The notes under the pieces: generated by a model | What the model saw: the letters and a program-made list of their open reading frames with translations, nothing else | Database searches by the model: none | What the model was told of the DNA's origin: nothing | Shown: in pieces, positions 41,083 through 54,589 of the stretch | How the letters are laid out: every line of letters starts with the position of its first letter | Position numbering within the stretch: position 1 is the first letter of the stretch | Origin: Octopus vulgaris | Lineage: Eukaryota | DNA: 64,000 bases | Reading direction: 5' to 3' | Assembly: GCA_951406725.2 (NCBI GenBank) | Contig: OX597823.1 | Span: 93,620,001 to 93,684,000, forward strand | Position numbers and translations under genes: made by a program

Positions 41083-42287
41083 CTACAAAATATACAATTA
41101 CTATGAAAATAAATACAAGTGTTTTACCTGGTTCAATGATGAGACTGTGGCCATGCTGGGGCATTGCGCTGAAGAACTTTTGTTCGAAGGAATCGACCCC
41201 TGTACAGTTTTTTTCTTTTTTAAAGTCCGATACTTATTCCATTGGTTCTGTATTGCCGGACCACGCTAAGTTACGGGGCCATAAACAGAACAACACTGGT
41301 TGTAAAGTGGTGGTGCTGGTGGACAAACACAGACACAGACACAGACGTCCATTCACGTATACATAATATATATATACATACATACATACATGTGTGTGTG
41401 AGTGTGTGTTTGAGTGTGTGTGAGTGTGAGTGTTTGTGTGTGTGTGTATATGTGTGTGTGTATACACACATGAATGGGCGTCTTTCGTTTTCCATCTACC
41501 AAATGCACTCCGCCGAAGGCACTTACTCGAGTTGAGGCGCAGTAAGTAGGACTGAACCCGGCACCATTTGGTTTAGAAGAAAATTTCTTACCACATCGCA
41601 ATCTCTATATATATTTGTATAAAACGAAGTTATTATAGACACAACACACTTTTTCGACGCATAATTTAAAAACTCCGAAGCCATACCATTAAAAGCGTCA
41701 TTAAAAGAACCAATAAACAATTGGAAACATCAGACAGATGTGTGATGTAGTTTTATATGGAAGCTTCCAGTTCGTTCGACGGTCGTAGTGACACATAAGT
41801 GCAATGTGTCGTAATATACGTAGACATAATTATATATCACTCTTTTGTATTTGGTTTGCAAGATTCTTCGTGTGAATTCGTGTGTTGAAACCAGTATTGT
41901 TGCCTCTAGGGAGATCCATTATGCCAATAAAAAGTGAAATAAATACAGTTACGGGTTCGAAATCACTTCTTTGTTTTATCAACGAATTATTCAATAGTTT
42001 GTTTAATGTGTTGCTTGAACAATCAATCGGTTGTTAGTTTTCTCTGTCACCGTCCTTTCGTCGCCATTCGCGACACCATCAGAGACATACCCTCAGGCGA
42101 TAATGTGTAATTCCATACATTGTCATTTGCTGATCGTAAGTATACATGCGAAATTATATGATTTCTGTGTGTGTGTGTGTCGGTGTCGGTGTCGATAAAG
42201 AGTCTCTGTACATGTCAGGATAAGGAATCGCACGCGCGTGTGTATGTGTGTGTGGTAGATACGTAGGCGGGGATGTTATGTATATGA

Positions 42288-42515
42288 ATTTCTTTATTAC
42301 CCGCAAGGGGCTAAACACAGAGAGGACAAACAAGGACAGACAAACGGATTATGTCGATTATATCGACCCCAGGGCGTAACTGGTACTTATTTAATCGGCC
42401 CCGAAAGTATGAAAGTCGACCTCGGCGGAATTTGAACTCAGAACGTAGCGGCAGACGAAATACTGCTAAGCATTTCGCCCATCGTGCTAACGATTCTGCC
42501 AGCTCACCGCCTTCA
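42288..42515 (-). mobile_element. SINE family B, full length
   Basis: Matches 26275-26505. Confidence 0.85.
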
Positions 42516-42689
42516 AGATGTTATGTTTATAGGTGTATGAATGTGTGCGGGAGATGTATTAAAATCTCTTTTTTCAAAACTTTAAAGCATTAAAAACAGT
42601 TTTAATTGAAAGTTTAAAAAAATGAAAAACAAAATAATATAAAAGGAAAATAAAGGCAGAAGCTGTTTCAAGAAGGACGGGGATTCGAG

Positions 42690-42860
42690 TTTCAGGTCGA
42701 ACGGTTCGAAGAGCGCTATTGTTGACGAAGTCTAGTGGTGTTGTGCCATAGTGACAAGCGAAGCCGAGGACAGTAAGGTGTTTGGTGAAGTGGTTGGGAG
42801 TCGAAAAAGGATGGGCGACAGGGACATGTGTTTTGTTGGTGAGTATCCTGTAGATGTTCA
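42690..42860 (-). mobile_element. Penelope-like element GIY-YIG endonuclease C-terminal remnant
   Basis: TNKTHVPVAHPFSTPNHFTKHLTVLG resembles the PVA.HF...H....L.V.G tail of Penelope ORFs. Confidence 0.55.
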
Positions 42861-43043
42861 TTGAATCTATCAGCTGTGCCCTCTCACACATACGTCACAA
42901 ATATAAACACAAAGACGGGCACACAGATACTAACACATGTACACACACACACACACACACACATATATACTGGTCATTTTCGCACTCCATCGCCTACAAG
43001 AACCACTTGCTCTATCCCTCTCACTTCCAACCAGTTACATATA

Positions 43044-43235
43044 CAGTTCTATATTTAAGAGATGAGGAATTATGTGCATTATTTACATTATTTACATTTG
43101 ACGGATATTTGTCTTCATTTTGTTTGTTGTTAACACAACATTTCGGCTGACATACCCTCCAGCTTCATCAGGTGTCTTGGTGAAATTTCGAACCTGGTTT
43201 CTCATTCCTAAGGTATTTTTCGATGTTGTTGTTGT

Positions 43236-43270
<35 letters not shown>

Positions 43271-43271
43271 T

Positions 43272-43324
<53 letters not shown>

Positions 43325-43333
43325 TTATTATTG

Positions 43334-43397
<64 letters not shown>

Positions 43398-43462
43398 CAT
43401 TCAGGTCACTGCTTGGAATCGAACTCAGAAACGTGCTCTTAACCACTGTGCCACATGCCCGT
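43044..43462 (-). mobile_element. Family C tRNA-headed element with expanded (AAT)n(AGT)n tract and 3' hammerhead (copy 2)
   Basis: Minus: tggcacagtggttaagagcac...gagttcgattcc, microsatellite, then gacac CTGATGA agctgg-agggtatg-tcagcc GAAA tg TT gtgtt (43132-43176), same tail as 20875. Confidence 0.8.
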
Positions 43463-44029
43463 TATATTTCTTTGCATCAACCAGAGAATTTCCTAGGTAC
43501 TTTATATTACCTGCCAGGAACAGATAAAGGCAAAATCAACGTCGGTAGGATTTCATTCCAGAGCGGAAACAGCCGGATGATATACAAGTCGACATTTCTT
43601 CCGGTGTGTTAACCATTCGACTAGCTCGCCACTTCTATAATATTGGTTTGAAATTTTAGCCCAAGGCAAAAAAGTTCAAGGGTGAGTTTAAATCGACTGC
43701 ATAATCCACAATACTCAGTCGCTCCTTATAATGGATGAAAGGCAGAATCGACCTCGGAATAAAATTTGAACTCAGAACGTAAGGGCGGACGAAATGCCGC
43801 TAAGCATTTTGGTGCTCTGGATTCTGCCATTTCGACGCCTTCTTTATTGCGCATAAATAATGCAATGTTTTCGATGAATGCCTTCGTACTGTTGGGAAAT
43901 ATGTTACAACATATTTGCTACAGACGCATAGTCAGCTGGTGAATATATGCTAAACATGCACGACAGATGTAATGATTAAACTTTTTGAAAGTAATATATT
44001 TCATGCTTGCATATATACATACACAGACC

Positions 44030-44095
<66 letters not shown>

Positions 44096-44669
44096 TATGC
44101 TTGTGTGTGTGTGTGGGCGAGAGAGAGGAGTAATTACTTTACTATATTCATAGACGTTTATATATATATATACACATACATATATATGTGCGTGCGTGTG
44201 TATATGTGTGTACAATTATGGGTTTTATTAATGAACATAAGTTATTTAAGTGGTATGCTGGCATGCTGTTTGTCGTTGGTGATGTCTCACGATTGGCTTG
44301 TATGTAATAGGTAATTAGTTAATATTTTATTATTAATTAAAATACTTGCATGTTTCGAGTTGTTTTATACAGGCTTTTAATAACAGGTTGACTGTTCAAC
44401 AGCCAGTGCACATTTCGTTCATGTCATCACGTTTTTAGTGCTGTCTTCGGTTTAATAAGTGTAATTTCTATTCGACCTAATGATATCGGATTGGATTTTG
44501 CCCTTAATAAACTTTAAGTTAATGATGTTTTAATTATGTATGGATGCGTTTTAATTATACGCGGACGCAGGTGTGGCTGTGTGGTAAGACGTTTGCTTCC
44601 CAACACAATGGTTGCTGGTTCTAACCTGCGGCATGGAACCTTGGGTTAAGTCCCCTGTACGATACCTCG

Positions 44670-47000
44670 AGCTTCTTATGTCTCTTGTGATTTTCAACGA
44701 GTTTTAGCATCCAGTCGTTAGATGTTTCAAGATACTTAACCAGTCCACTTGTGGTGGTTTTATAAGAGAGTTCAAATTGGATCAGGCCTCGATCTCCTTG
44801 GGTTCTGGGAAGGTAAAGACGATCTGGGTCTGCGTTTGGGAGGTGCATCTTATTGCAGGTTAGCTGTCCATCTTCCTTATTTCTCTCTTATTCCAGTTCA
44901 ACACATTGAAATTGTAAATAACGACTGGAACTGCTAAGGAATTTATGGTTAACATCTTGTTACATGCATTTTGCTCGGATTCCAAGACTCTCCGAACTCT
45001 CATCTAACATCCCATTCTGATTTTCTATTTCATACTTGTATGCTGAATGTCAGAGCCCTCATTTATTCCGAGGTATTTGTAAGTTTGTTCCTGCTCACGT
45101 TCATTTATAACTGTGTCAACATCTAACACCACTGATGTTGAGGTCATCAATGTCTCTTTCTGGAAAGTGGCCTTGGCAATTTGGTCGAGACAAAATTTTA
45201 TCTCGATGTCATAACTGAATGGTTTCACTGTACGTAGCAAGCCTTCAAACTCATTACTTTCTATGCCATAAAGTTTTAAGCCATCCATATGAAATAGATG
45301 GCTTATATTTTGTTGTCAATTTTATACCCATACCATGTTCTGTTAAGTTCACTTCTAAGAGGTATTTGCGTTATGCAAAAATTTAGAGATGAAAATGAGT
45401 CATCTTGGAAAATGTCACAGTTGATATTAATAGTGTTTCAAGTCAGTTCTCCACTGGAGTGATATAATTGGAGATTAGTCTTCCACAGTGACATGTGCTT
45501 CAGGAAGTTTGAACTGACAGGAGAAATTTTGGATTTTTGTTCAGTGGGAAAAATATCGTTCTGATCCATAAATACATGTTTTCTCCGCGAAGATGGATGT
45601 AGAACCTTTATACTTGGTAGATAAACAGTTTATGAGAAGATAGCTTTTGGGAAATTTGGTTTCATTATTCTTTAGAAGTAGGTAGTACGACTTGTTAACG
45701 AATCAGGTGTTCTCTTAGGATCTTTCGTAGTTTCATTGAATATCTGGACTTAATTATCGTTTGAGAAAAGGAGCGATGCGACCCAGAAATTTGGCTCCCT
45801 ATCTTTACCAGGGTATTTGAACTTATGATCCTTAGTGAATGTCATTCTTATGTCTGCTACTTTGATGTCTTCCCATACTTGTTCTGGTAAATTTTGGTAG
45901 GATCCTTCTGTGCTTCTAATACAACCTGCATTCCATTCTGTGCCTTTTCACCACTCCAAATATTTTTCCAAAAGTTTGCAACTTCTTCCACAGGCGGGAG
46001 GTCTTTAACGGTTATTTTCTCCTTCTTTATTTCTTTGTAGAATGTTTTCGCATTGGATGTAAACAGTTTCATTTGCTTGTAAAACATGGTTCTCTTTTTA
46101 AATCTTCGTATTCTTTGAGCATTTACTTGGACGTTTTGTTGCAGTTTCCTTTGCTGAAAGTTCTTGGTCAGAAGTAATATTTTCTTTTCGTCTTTCTTCT
46201 AGTCTGAATCTTAGATCGTGTACACAAATTAGCTCATTTTAAATTGATATTTCACACCTCATTATTTCAATCTCTTTTTCAAATTTACTTCATGTGTTTG
46301 GAATTCTTCTCGGGTTTGTTTTTCCTTGTCTTTTCGGAGACATGCATCTGGTTTCGATTATTTTAGCAGCTGCGTAAATAGTTTGATCAGGTTTTATTAA
46401 TAATACTTGTGTTACATAACTGCCAATTTAATTTTTTATTATTTTGGTTTGTATCTGACAGTATATGAAGTGGTTCTCTATCATGAATATTGGCATGTCT
46501 TACAATTGCAAACTTATTCAGGATTTTTTGCTTCATTCCTATTAAACACTCTCTGTGTTCTTCAGTAAATGTTTGGTTTTCAAATACTATTTCGTTACAA
46601 CTTTCCTGGCTATTTTAATCAGGCTCATTACAATTTATTTCTTCAGACATTTGCGTGTTCTGGTCAGATGGCAATCTCTCAATTGAGACTTATTGACAGT
46701 TTCTCTCTCCGTCTCATTCTTCATTTCCTTTCTGTCATATATTTTGGTCATTTTCCGCTGCGTGCCTGATCGTGGTTATTTCCCTCTGCAAGTCTATTAT
46801 TTCTAAAGATATCCCTCCTAACATTTGCTCACTGGTTTTCGTTTAAGCAGCGTCTGCTGTCTTGACTTCTTGTTCTCCATATCTGATAAGAGTGTACGGT
46901 GTCTCTCTCTTCAGATGGCCTATATAAGGTATATATCACCTCCTTTATTCCTAAATTATTCGTACATTACTTCGTTATAACACTTCACGGATCTATTTCA
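44670..47000 (-). mobile_element. R4/Dong-like non-LTR retrotransposon remnant including RT domain
   Basis: FYKQMKLFTSNAKTFYKEI...FWKNIWS; IFQDDSFSSL (GIFQGDSLSP); SHLFHMDGLKLY (YMDDLKLY); YKYLGINEG; ADPDRLYLPRTQGDRGL; many stops and frameshifts; the 5' boundary is approximate. Confidence 0.85.
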
Positions 47001-47967
47001 TTCCCTTACATTTTTCGTTCTGTGGTGGATGTGAAGGTGAACTTGGAGGCCTCAGTTTCTTTTCAAGTGACCAGCCAGGCTGCTATTTAGATAAGAGTTT
47101 GTGACAGTGAAAGAATTCTCGACCCCAGGCTGACTCTCTCTTGGGAACGCGTATCCAAGTTAACAAGCGATTTGGTGTATTCTCTTTTAATTTTCTTTTT
47201 TGTTTCTTGAGATATATTTTTGTGCTGCATTACGATTATTAGTTTCGATTCCTGTGTGACTGATGTAGAAACGGTTATTATTTCTAATATTATTGTCAAC
47301 TCTGCCATTATTAACGTTATAATAACCACTACCATACCATTACAACAACAGCAGGCATCGATAGTTACCACCACTGCTTTCGCAGTCTCTATTCTATCGG
47401 CCACCCTTCGTAGCCATAGCAACACTGTAGCCGTTATCATCGTTGTTATGAACTGCTGCAGAATTAAGTTAAGTCAGCTTTGCTGCCACTGCTGTGCAGT
47501 ATTATTAAATGTTGTTCAGTTTCGACTCTTGCTTTGTACTTGAGATAATCATAAACACGCCGGGGTTGCGGTGGGGATAATAAGAGGAAGTGATGTAGCT
47601 TGGTGGACACAGAAGCAAACACCACCAGTCTGTAAATAAGTTCGGGTGATACTGGCAAGATCATCAATGGAGCGGTCGCACTCCTGCACATTCAACAAAG
47701 GCGAGGTCTTAGCTGCGTGGTCATCCCCCACCGCGCAGTCAGCAGAGATCTACCACAACGATCAATGAGGACAGTGACCTTGGGGAGAACTGACTCAAGA
47801 TATATATACATACATGTATATATCAGACTCCGACTGAAGAGGTAATTGGCTGCACATGATCCGCGTATCTTGTTTTGTCTAGTTTGCCGTGGTCCTACTA
47901 TCGTCCTTTATCCCGCATGTTGTGTTTCGACGGTTTACGTTTGTTGTGTTCTTTCTGTTCTACCTTT

Positions 47968-48006
<39 letters not shown>

Positions 48007-48007
<1 letters not shown>

Positions 48008-48035
48008 CGGGAACGTGAAAGTCTGAGTAGCAGTT
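48007..48035 (+). ncRNA. 3' half of hammerhead motif (same family as 2888-2929)
   Basis: acg-ggaa-cgt GAAA gtctgag TA gcagtt, truncated at an (AT)n tract. Confidence 0.45.
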
Positions 48036-48163
48036 TTTGTTTTTATATTTTTATGATGTTTTTATACCTTAATTAATTAGGCATATTACTCGACCTCCCG
48101 TAATTGAGTAATATTTTTCCACCTTGTTTCACATTTATGTGCTTACTCGCGTGTGTGTGTGTG

Positions 48164-48199
<36 letters not shown>

Positions 48200-48256
48200 G
48201 AAAGAAGTTGCTGTATACAATACTTAGGTGCCCTACAACTATAAAATAGAAGTCCA

Positions 48257-48500
48257 TCAGGAATACCGTTGGCAGATTTCAGGAAGCATGGAAGTTTTGA
48301 AGGACGTAGTGACTTGATAGCTAACGCCTGATGCAGGTAATTTATTCCATGCTTCAGCAATTCTGAGCATGAAAAACTGTTTCTGAAAGTCGTGGGTGAT
48401 GTGATGTTTCTTGATTTTGTAAGTATGTCCACCTGTGTTTGTCATATGGAGCTCAAACGCATAGAGTTGGGCATCAGTTTTCGATAACAAGGCTCATGCA
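48257..48500 (-). mobile_element. CR1/L2-type LINE ORF2 3' end
   Basis: TNTGGHTYKIKKHH...KQFFMLRIAEAWNKLPAS.VS..VTTSFK matches the TRGH.YKL...FFS.RVV..WN.LP..VV.....SFK tail. Confidence 0.75.
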
Positions 48501-48744
48501 TATACACGCAAAATTATACGGGATTAAGACTAGCTGCATACGTAATACACCTACTGAGTGCATTGGACAGCACTGGTATAAGGGCATGATGTTATGCCCT
48601 TTCACACAGACAAATGGTTATTGTTGCTACTATGTTAAAATGTCTTATGTCCAAATTAGGCCAAATGCGTTTTTCTCAATATTCACCATTGCTTGCAATA
48701 GCCGGTTCTTTTGGTTAGATTATCGTACATCCAGTTGCATCCAA

Positions 48745-49396
48745 GTTTAACATTTCGATAGAAAATCCATTTTTCGTCACCAGCCATAATTCTATCCAAA
48801 AAGGGTGAACTGAGTTCGCGAGAATGGAGAGAAGATGTCAACTTGGGATTTGCGGTTGCATTCGGACAATTCATGAGGCACCCATTTTCCAAGTTTAGGA
48901 AACTTTCCAAGTTGTTAAAGATGACGATGAACAGTTGTATGGTTTGAACTAAGCTTTATTGCCAATTCTTCAACTGATAATGCCTCAAGGAGCTTATCAT
49001 CTAACTCAACTGGACGTCCTGTTCAATCTTCATCTTCAAGGCTGAAATCTCCATTTCTGAATTTTGCAAGCCACCTTCTGCAAGTTCTTTCATTCAAGCA
49101 TTCTTTCCCATAAACTAAGTGTATGTTACGAGTCGCTTCGGCTGCAGAGTTTCCTTTTTTGTACTCATAAAAGCATTATGTGCCTTAAATGCTCTTTGGA
49201 TACTTCCACGTTAGAAAGGGTTTTAATCAAAGAAATTTTAATTCTATTATTCTGTAAAATAATGTTTAATTAGTTTAAATATACACAAAGGCATAAAAAT
49301 ATTTTTTATTCCATTAGACATTCTAAAATACTATTAAATTTCATTCAATTTTAAAAAAAAAGGTAAAATCGGACAAGAAGTTATGGGATGACCTCA
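48745..49396 (-). mobile_element. Mariner 5' fragment (TIR + HTH + first catalytic Asp)
   Basis: TIR (ta)tgaggtcatcccataacttcttgtccg; KEHLRHIML...KKGNSAAEATRNI...KFRNGDFSLEDE; SPFLDRIMAGDEKWIFY.NVK. Confidence 0.85.
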
Positions 49397-49474
49397 TATA
49401 TTATAATTAGGGGCGCTGGAATGCCAGCGCCTATATGCTAGAAGTAGATGTCAAATACCTACAATCCACTTATA

Positions 49475-49680
49475 AGGCGATGAGCTGGCAGAAACGTTAG
49501 CATACCGGGCGAAATGCTTAGCGGTATTTCGTTTGTCTTAACGCTCTGAGTTCAAATTCCGTCGAGGTCGACTTTGTCTTTCCTGATTCGATAAATTAAG
49601 TACCAGTCGCGTACAGGGGTCGATCTAATCGACTGGTCCCCTCTCCAAAAATTTCGGGCCCCGTGCCTAGAGTAGAAACG
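49475..49680 (+). mobile_element. SINE family B variant
   Basis: gagctggcagaaacgttagcataccgggcgaaatgcttagcgg...gaggtcgactttg...gataaattaagtaccag. Confidence 0.8.
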
Positions 49681-49902
49681 AAATCTCTACAATCAACTCT
49701 AAATTTGTTCTCTATAACCCCAGGTAATGAGCAAGAAGATTTACAAAATGTCGGATAATCCTATATCTTAAGATTTCATGCTCTGTAGTAAATATTACTT
49801 TGCAATTCTCAGGAGACAAACACCAACAAATATATAAGCGAAAAATACATACATACATATACCGATAAATTTAATCGTACACATACCAATACGTTAGCCA
49901 CT

Positions 49903-50150
49903 GGTGCTTAATTATTGCGGTTTTTTCTTTTTCAACAAAATACATTCAGCAAAAACAATAACAACATTTAACAAAAACATCTTTAAATGACGGTCGGACC
50001 GTCTGCCAAGCAAATGGGAAGCAATAATTGAAGTTGGTGGTGAATATTATCCGGAATAATCATTTAAAGATGTTTTTGTTACATGTTATTGATTTTCTTT
50101 AATAAAATTTGTTGCAAAAAAGGCGGAAAAATTATGCATCAACCCAATAT
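49903..50150. mobile_element. Fold-back MITE built from two mariner 3' ends
   Basis: ~90-bp imperfect inverted arms (perfect core taacaaaaacatctttaaatga 49969-49990 / 50060-50081); spacer encodes DRLPSKWEAIIEVGGEYYPE*; mariner-type end aattatgcatcaacccaata. Confidence 0.75.
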
Positions 50151-50479
50151 TTATGTGTGCACTCCTGGTGTATTACCTTACTATGTATAGACCTAGCTGA
50201 AAGGTATACAGTAGTAGGTAATTTAAAGGTAAAACCGTGGTTTAATATATATTGTCAAGAAAAGAACAAAAATGGAACAATAATTAACAATGAGAAGTAG
50301 TTCGTTGGTAACAAAAGGTCTGTAACAAGATGAGAGTTTCAAGAGCACTTGAGGGATGTCTGGTCTTATCTTGTCACGTACAATTCGAAGAAAAGGAACC
50401 AAAAATCCGGATGTCTTCAATAACAATAAATAGTACTTTATTCTTCGGGTTCACAGGTAAAATATATACATATATATTT

Positions 50480-50760
50480 CTTAAGGGCGAATCGGCAGCC
50501 AAGTCCACAGGGCTGTACACAAATGTTCACTCGGTCTCCGCTCCCGCCTCGAAGAGAGCTTCTCTATGCGTAGGGTTTTCCATGAGAGAAGTTTTAGTCA
50601 CGTGCGCTCGTTAGGGCTGCTCTTACAAAAAGACAGATTTAGCGGAGATGCTTTCAGGTTGCAGTTCCTGCGCATGAGGGAACTTCCGGCGGCCTACCGG
50701 TAGTAATCCAATTCTGTGCATGCGCGCTGAAACTCCCACAGTAGCGTCGCTATATAGGTC
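50480..50760. promoter_or_regulatory. Putative promoter-like CpG-richer island
   Basis: Non-repetitive and GC-richer; CACGTG 50599, TGCGCATG 50669, ACTTCCGG 50682, TGTGCATGCGC 50715 (E-box, NRF1-like and ETS motifs). Confidence 0.35.
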
Positions 50761-50774
50761 ATTCTTTAATTGTA

Positions 50775-50965
50775 ATTATATTATATTATATTATATTATA
50801 TCATATTATGTTATATTATATTCTATTAGATTATATTATATTATATTATATCATATTATATCATATATTATGTTATATTATATATTATATTATATTATAT
50901 TATATCATATTATATCATATTATATTATATTATATTATGTTATATTGTATATTATATTATATTAT
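50775..50965. repeat. (TATAT)n pentanucleotide microsatellite
   Basis: Direct reading. Confidence 0.93.
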
Positions 50966-51819
50966 ATACGCACATGCAGATATTCATACACATCTATGTA
51001 TTCATGGAGAAGCACAAACACTCATAGACAATCACATGTATATGTTTTTATTGAGAGTTTTATTGTTTCCCTGCTCCAAAGCAGACAAGTTTTCATTTGT
51101 TTGTTTTCGTTTTCACTTGCGCTGCAGTCTTTTCATTATATAGTCACCGACTGAATGGCGTATATAATACAAAATAGAAAATGGCGCACACATATCACAC
51201 TTCATTATAACAATGTATGATAATTTCTATGTTAAAATTTCACCATGGCTGTCTGCTCTGAAAGACTTTGAAGCATTCAAAGATCAAAGGAAGAAGAGCA
51301 TTTTCTATTGTAGTTGGCGTTTCACAGTTGACCACTGTTTCATTGTTAAAGAATATTTTTGTAGATGTGATGTAAGTGAACATTTTTTTATAAAAAATTA
51401 TTTGATTGATGCGCTTTTGTGTTTCCATATTTATCTCTGCGTCTGATATGCGTTAATATGTACGTTCATCAATATGTTTCATGAGCTTCTGTGTGGGCGT
51501 TAGCGTATCAATACTGAAGAGATCTTCCTGCGTATTTATATGTATCTAGGCTTTTATACGCTTATATGAATGTATCGAATTATATATGCTTCCGCTTGCG
51601 ACTTATTTATAACCCCTTGTATGTATCTGTGTGTAGGTATATGCAGGTGTCTGTACGTGTACGTGTGAGTGAGTGTCAGTGTTTGTATATATATACCTCG
51701 AGACACACTCACACACATGCACACATGCACATATGCACACACGCATATATGCACACATACACAACACTCAGACATGTACATACATACATATTTCTATATA
51801 CATACATATATATATATAC

Positions 51820-52055
51820 TCTTTTACTCTTTTATTTGCTTCAGTCATTTGATTGCTGCCATGCTGGGGCACCGCTTTAGTCGAGCAAATGGACCTCAGG
51901 ACTTATTCTGTATAAGCCTAGTGCTTACTCTATTGGGTACTTTGCCGCGCCGCTAAGATACGGGGACGTAAACAAACTAGCAATGGTTGTCAAGCGATGT
52001 TGGGAGGACAATCACAGACACACAAACATACACACACATGCACACACACACACAT

Positions 52056-52103
<48 letters not shown>

Positions 52104-52695
52104 CTCATTTTTTCTCATTTACTTGTTTCAGTCATTTGACTGCGGCCATGCTGGAGCACCGCCTTTAATCGAGCAACTCGACCCCGGGACTTATTCTTTG
52201 TAAGCCTTGTACTTATTCTATCGGTCTGTTTTTTGCCGAACCGCTAAGTGACGGGGACGTAAACACACCAGCATCGGTTGTCAAGCGATGCTAGGGGGAC
52301 AACCACAGACACACAAACACACACACATATATATATACATATATACGACAGGCTTCTTTCAGTTTCCGTCTACCAAATCCACTCACAAGGCATTGGTCGG
52401 CCCGGGGCTATAGCAGAAGACACTTGCCCAAGATGCCACGCAGTGGGACTGAACCCGGAACCATGTGGTTGGTTAGCAAGCTACTTACCACACAGCCATT
52501 CCTGCTGCGCCTATATATATATATATATATATACGATGGGCTTCTTTCAGTTTCCGTCTACCAAATCCACTCACAAGGCTTTGGTCAGCTCGAGGCTATA
52601 GTAGAAGACTCTTGCCCAAGGTGTCACTCAGTGGGACTGAACCCAGAACGATGTGGTTGGTAAGTAAGCTGCTTACCACAGAACCACTCCTGTCG
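51820..52695 (-). mobile_element. Cluster of SINE family A copies (3' half + full copy + head)
   Basis: Best copy 52110-52510: gcaggaatggctgtgtggtaag...gggttcagtcccactgcgtggcatcttgggcaagtgtc...internal (TA)/(TG)...gactgaaacaagtaa. Confidence 0.88.
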
Positions 52696-52846
52696 CTATA
52701 TATATATATATATGTGCTTATACATAATGTGTGTGAAATTTGTTCATGGATGTGGATGTCTCTATATCTATATGGGTGTGTGCGAGTGTGATTATGTGTA
52801 TGTATCTGTATGTTGTTTGTGTGCGTGTTTGGGTGTATGTATGTAA

Positions 52847-52877
<31 letters not shown>

Positions 52878-53579
52878 CGCATAGCAGCATATTTCAGTTG
52901 AATCATTTGAAATAATTCAGTTACGTACAATACTATAAGAGTTAACTTCGTACACCAGAGCGCATTTACTGAAATGATTCTTCTTCCATAACCATAAACA
53001 TCCAGTGTGTATAACAATAATATATCACAGACTAACGACTATGTGACGACAGTAGTAATGGTGGAAAGCTTATATTCGTAACATTAAAGCAAGAATTTGA
53101 TTTATATATCCCGACATATCTGATGTATTTTTCTTTTATTCCTCGCGACAAACGGATACGTAAAATGTAATATTAATGATTAGCATCGTAAATCTTACTA
53201 AATTTCACTAAAACCTAATGTATAGAAAATTTCATACTCTTCCAGTTTGATATCGTTTTTGTATCAAGATTTCTTTGTTATATGCATATATTCTTCGTTG
53301 CATTTTGTCATGTTTCAAAAGAGAATATCTAAGATATTATTTCCAAGCCAAAGTTCAGACTGTAATTTCTTTTTTTTCTCTAAAATTGTAATCCAATTCT
53401 TCATAAAGATACAATAAGAATCGGCGATATATAATTTTTTTTATTTTACACCATTAAACATGGTTAAGCAGACGACAAGTGAGTTTCATTAGCATAACAC
53501 TCAACGGATTCACATACGTAGACGCGCAACGACGCGCGAACCTACAAACAAAACAACAAACACATACATACGCAGACAG

Positions 53580-53624
<45 letters not shown>

Positions 53625-53644
53625 CATGTGCAAGTAATCGTATT

Positions 53645-54260
53645 TGTGCCTGCTTTAGGGGCCAATTCTGTAGGTTATTACTCCTCTTTAAACGCTTTGC
53701 AACGTATGTTTTTGAAAATAGTGTTTTTTTTTTTATTGCAGCCCTCCCGTGAAATCCGACTTTGTGCATATCTCGGTGAACCATTTTTGTGGAAACTGGA
53801 TTCTCGAGGTGGTCATTAAGCTTCGCAGAAATTCTGGGAGCTGTACTTTTGTGATCCTTTGTAACAATTCGCGTAAGAGTCTGACGATCCCCATCTAAAA
53901 GTTTTGGTTTTCTTCAGGTGATTTGTTTTAACAAGCAGGCTTTTTCCTCTTTCTCAAAGGCTGCCATTACTTTCGAGACAGTACTTCTTGATATACCAAA
54001 CATTTCTGCTGTTTCATTACGCTAGCGCCTGCCATATGAGCACCAACAATTTGACCTCTTTGAAAGTCCGATAAATCTGTCATTTTCATGAATTTTAATT
54101 ACCTTTTTCTGGTGATATCTGAAAAGAAACAGCAATTTTAGCAAAATATATTAAGCAACACTAATAATAAATCAAAATATATGGAAATAAAAAAAAGCTT
54201 TTGAGGGTTTTATAGAGATTTCAGTATTATGATGCTTTGATTCTAGGTGCTTCCTTTACA
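53645..54260 (-). mobile_element. Tc1-like transposon 5' remnant
   Basis: ATG at 54083: MTDLSDFQRGQIVGAHMAGAS.../AEMFGISRSTVSKVM; later VHRDMHKVGFHGRAAIKK.L...KRLK. Confidence 0.8.
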
Positions 54261-54507
54261 CCTTCGTTACTTATTTATATTTATATATACATATTGTGTA
54301 TATATTTTCTTTTACTTGTTTCAGGCATTTGACTGCGGCCATGCTAGAGCGCAGCCTTTAGTCGAACAATTCGACCCCAGGACTAATTCTTTGTAAACCT
54401 AGTACTTATTCTATTCGTCTCTTGTGCCGAAACGCTAAGTTACGGGGACATAAACACAACAACATCGGTTGTCAAGTGATGGTGGGGAGACAAACACATA
54501 CACACAA

Positions 54508-54589
<82 letters not shown>

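Noticed and set aside
47825-47970. CTGAAGA motif suggesting a hammerhead
   Set aside because: No helix II closed by a GAAA could be folded nearby
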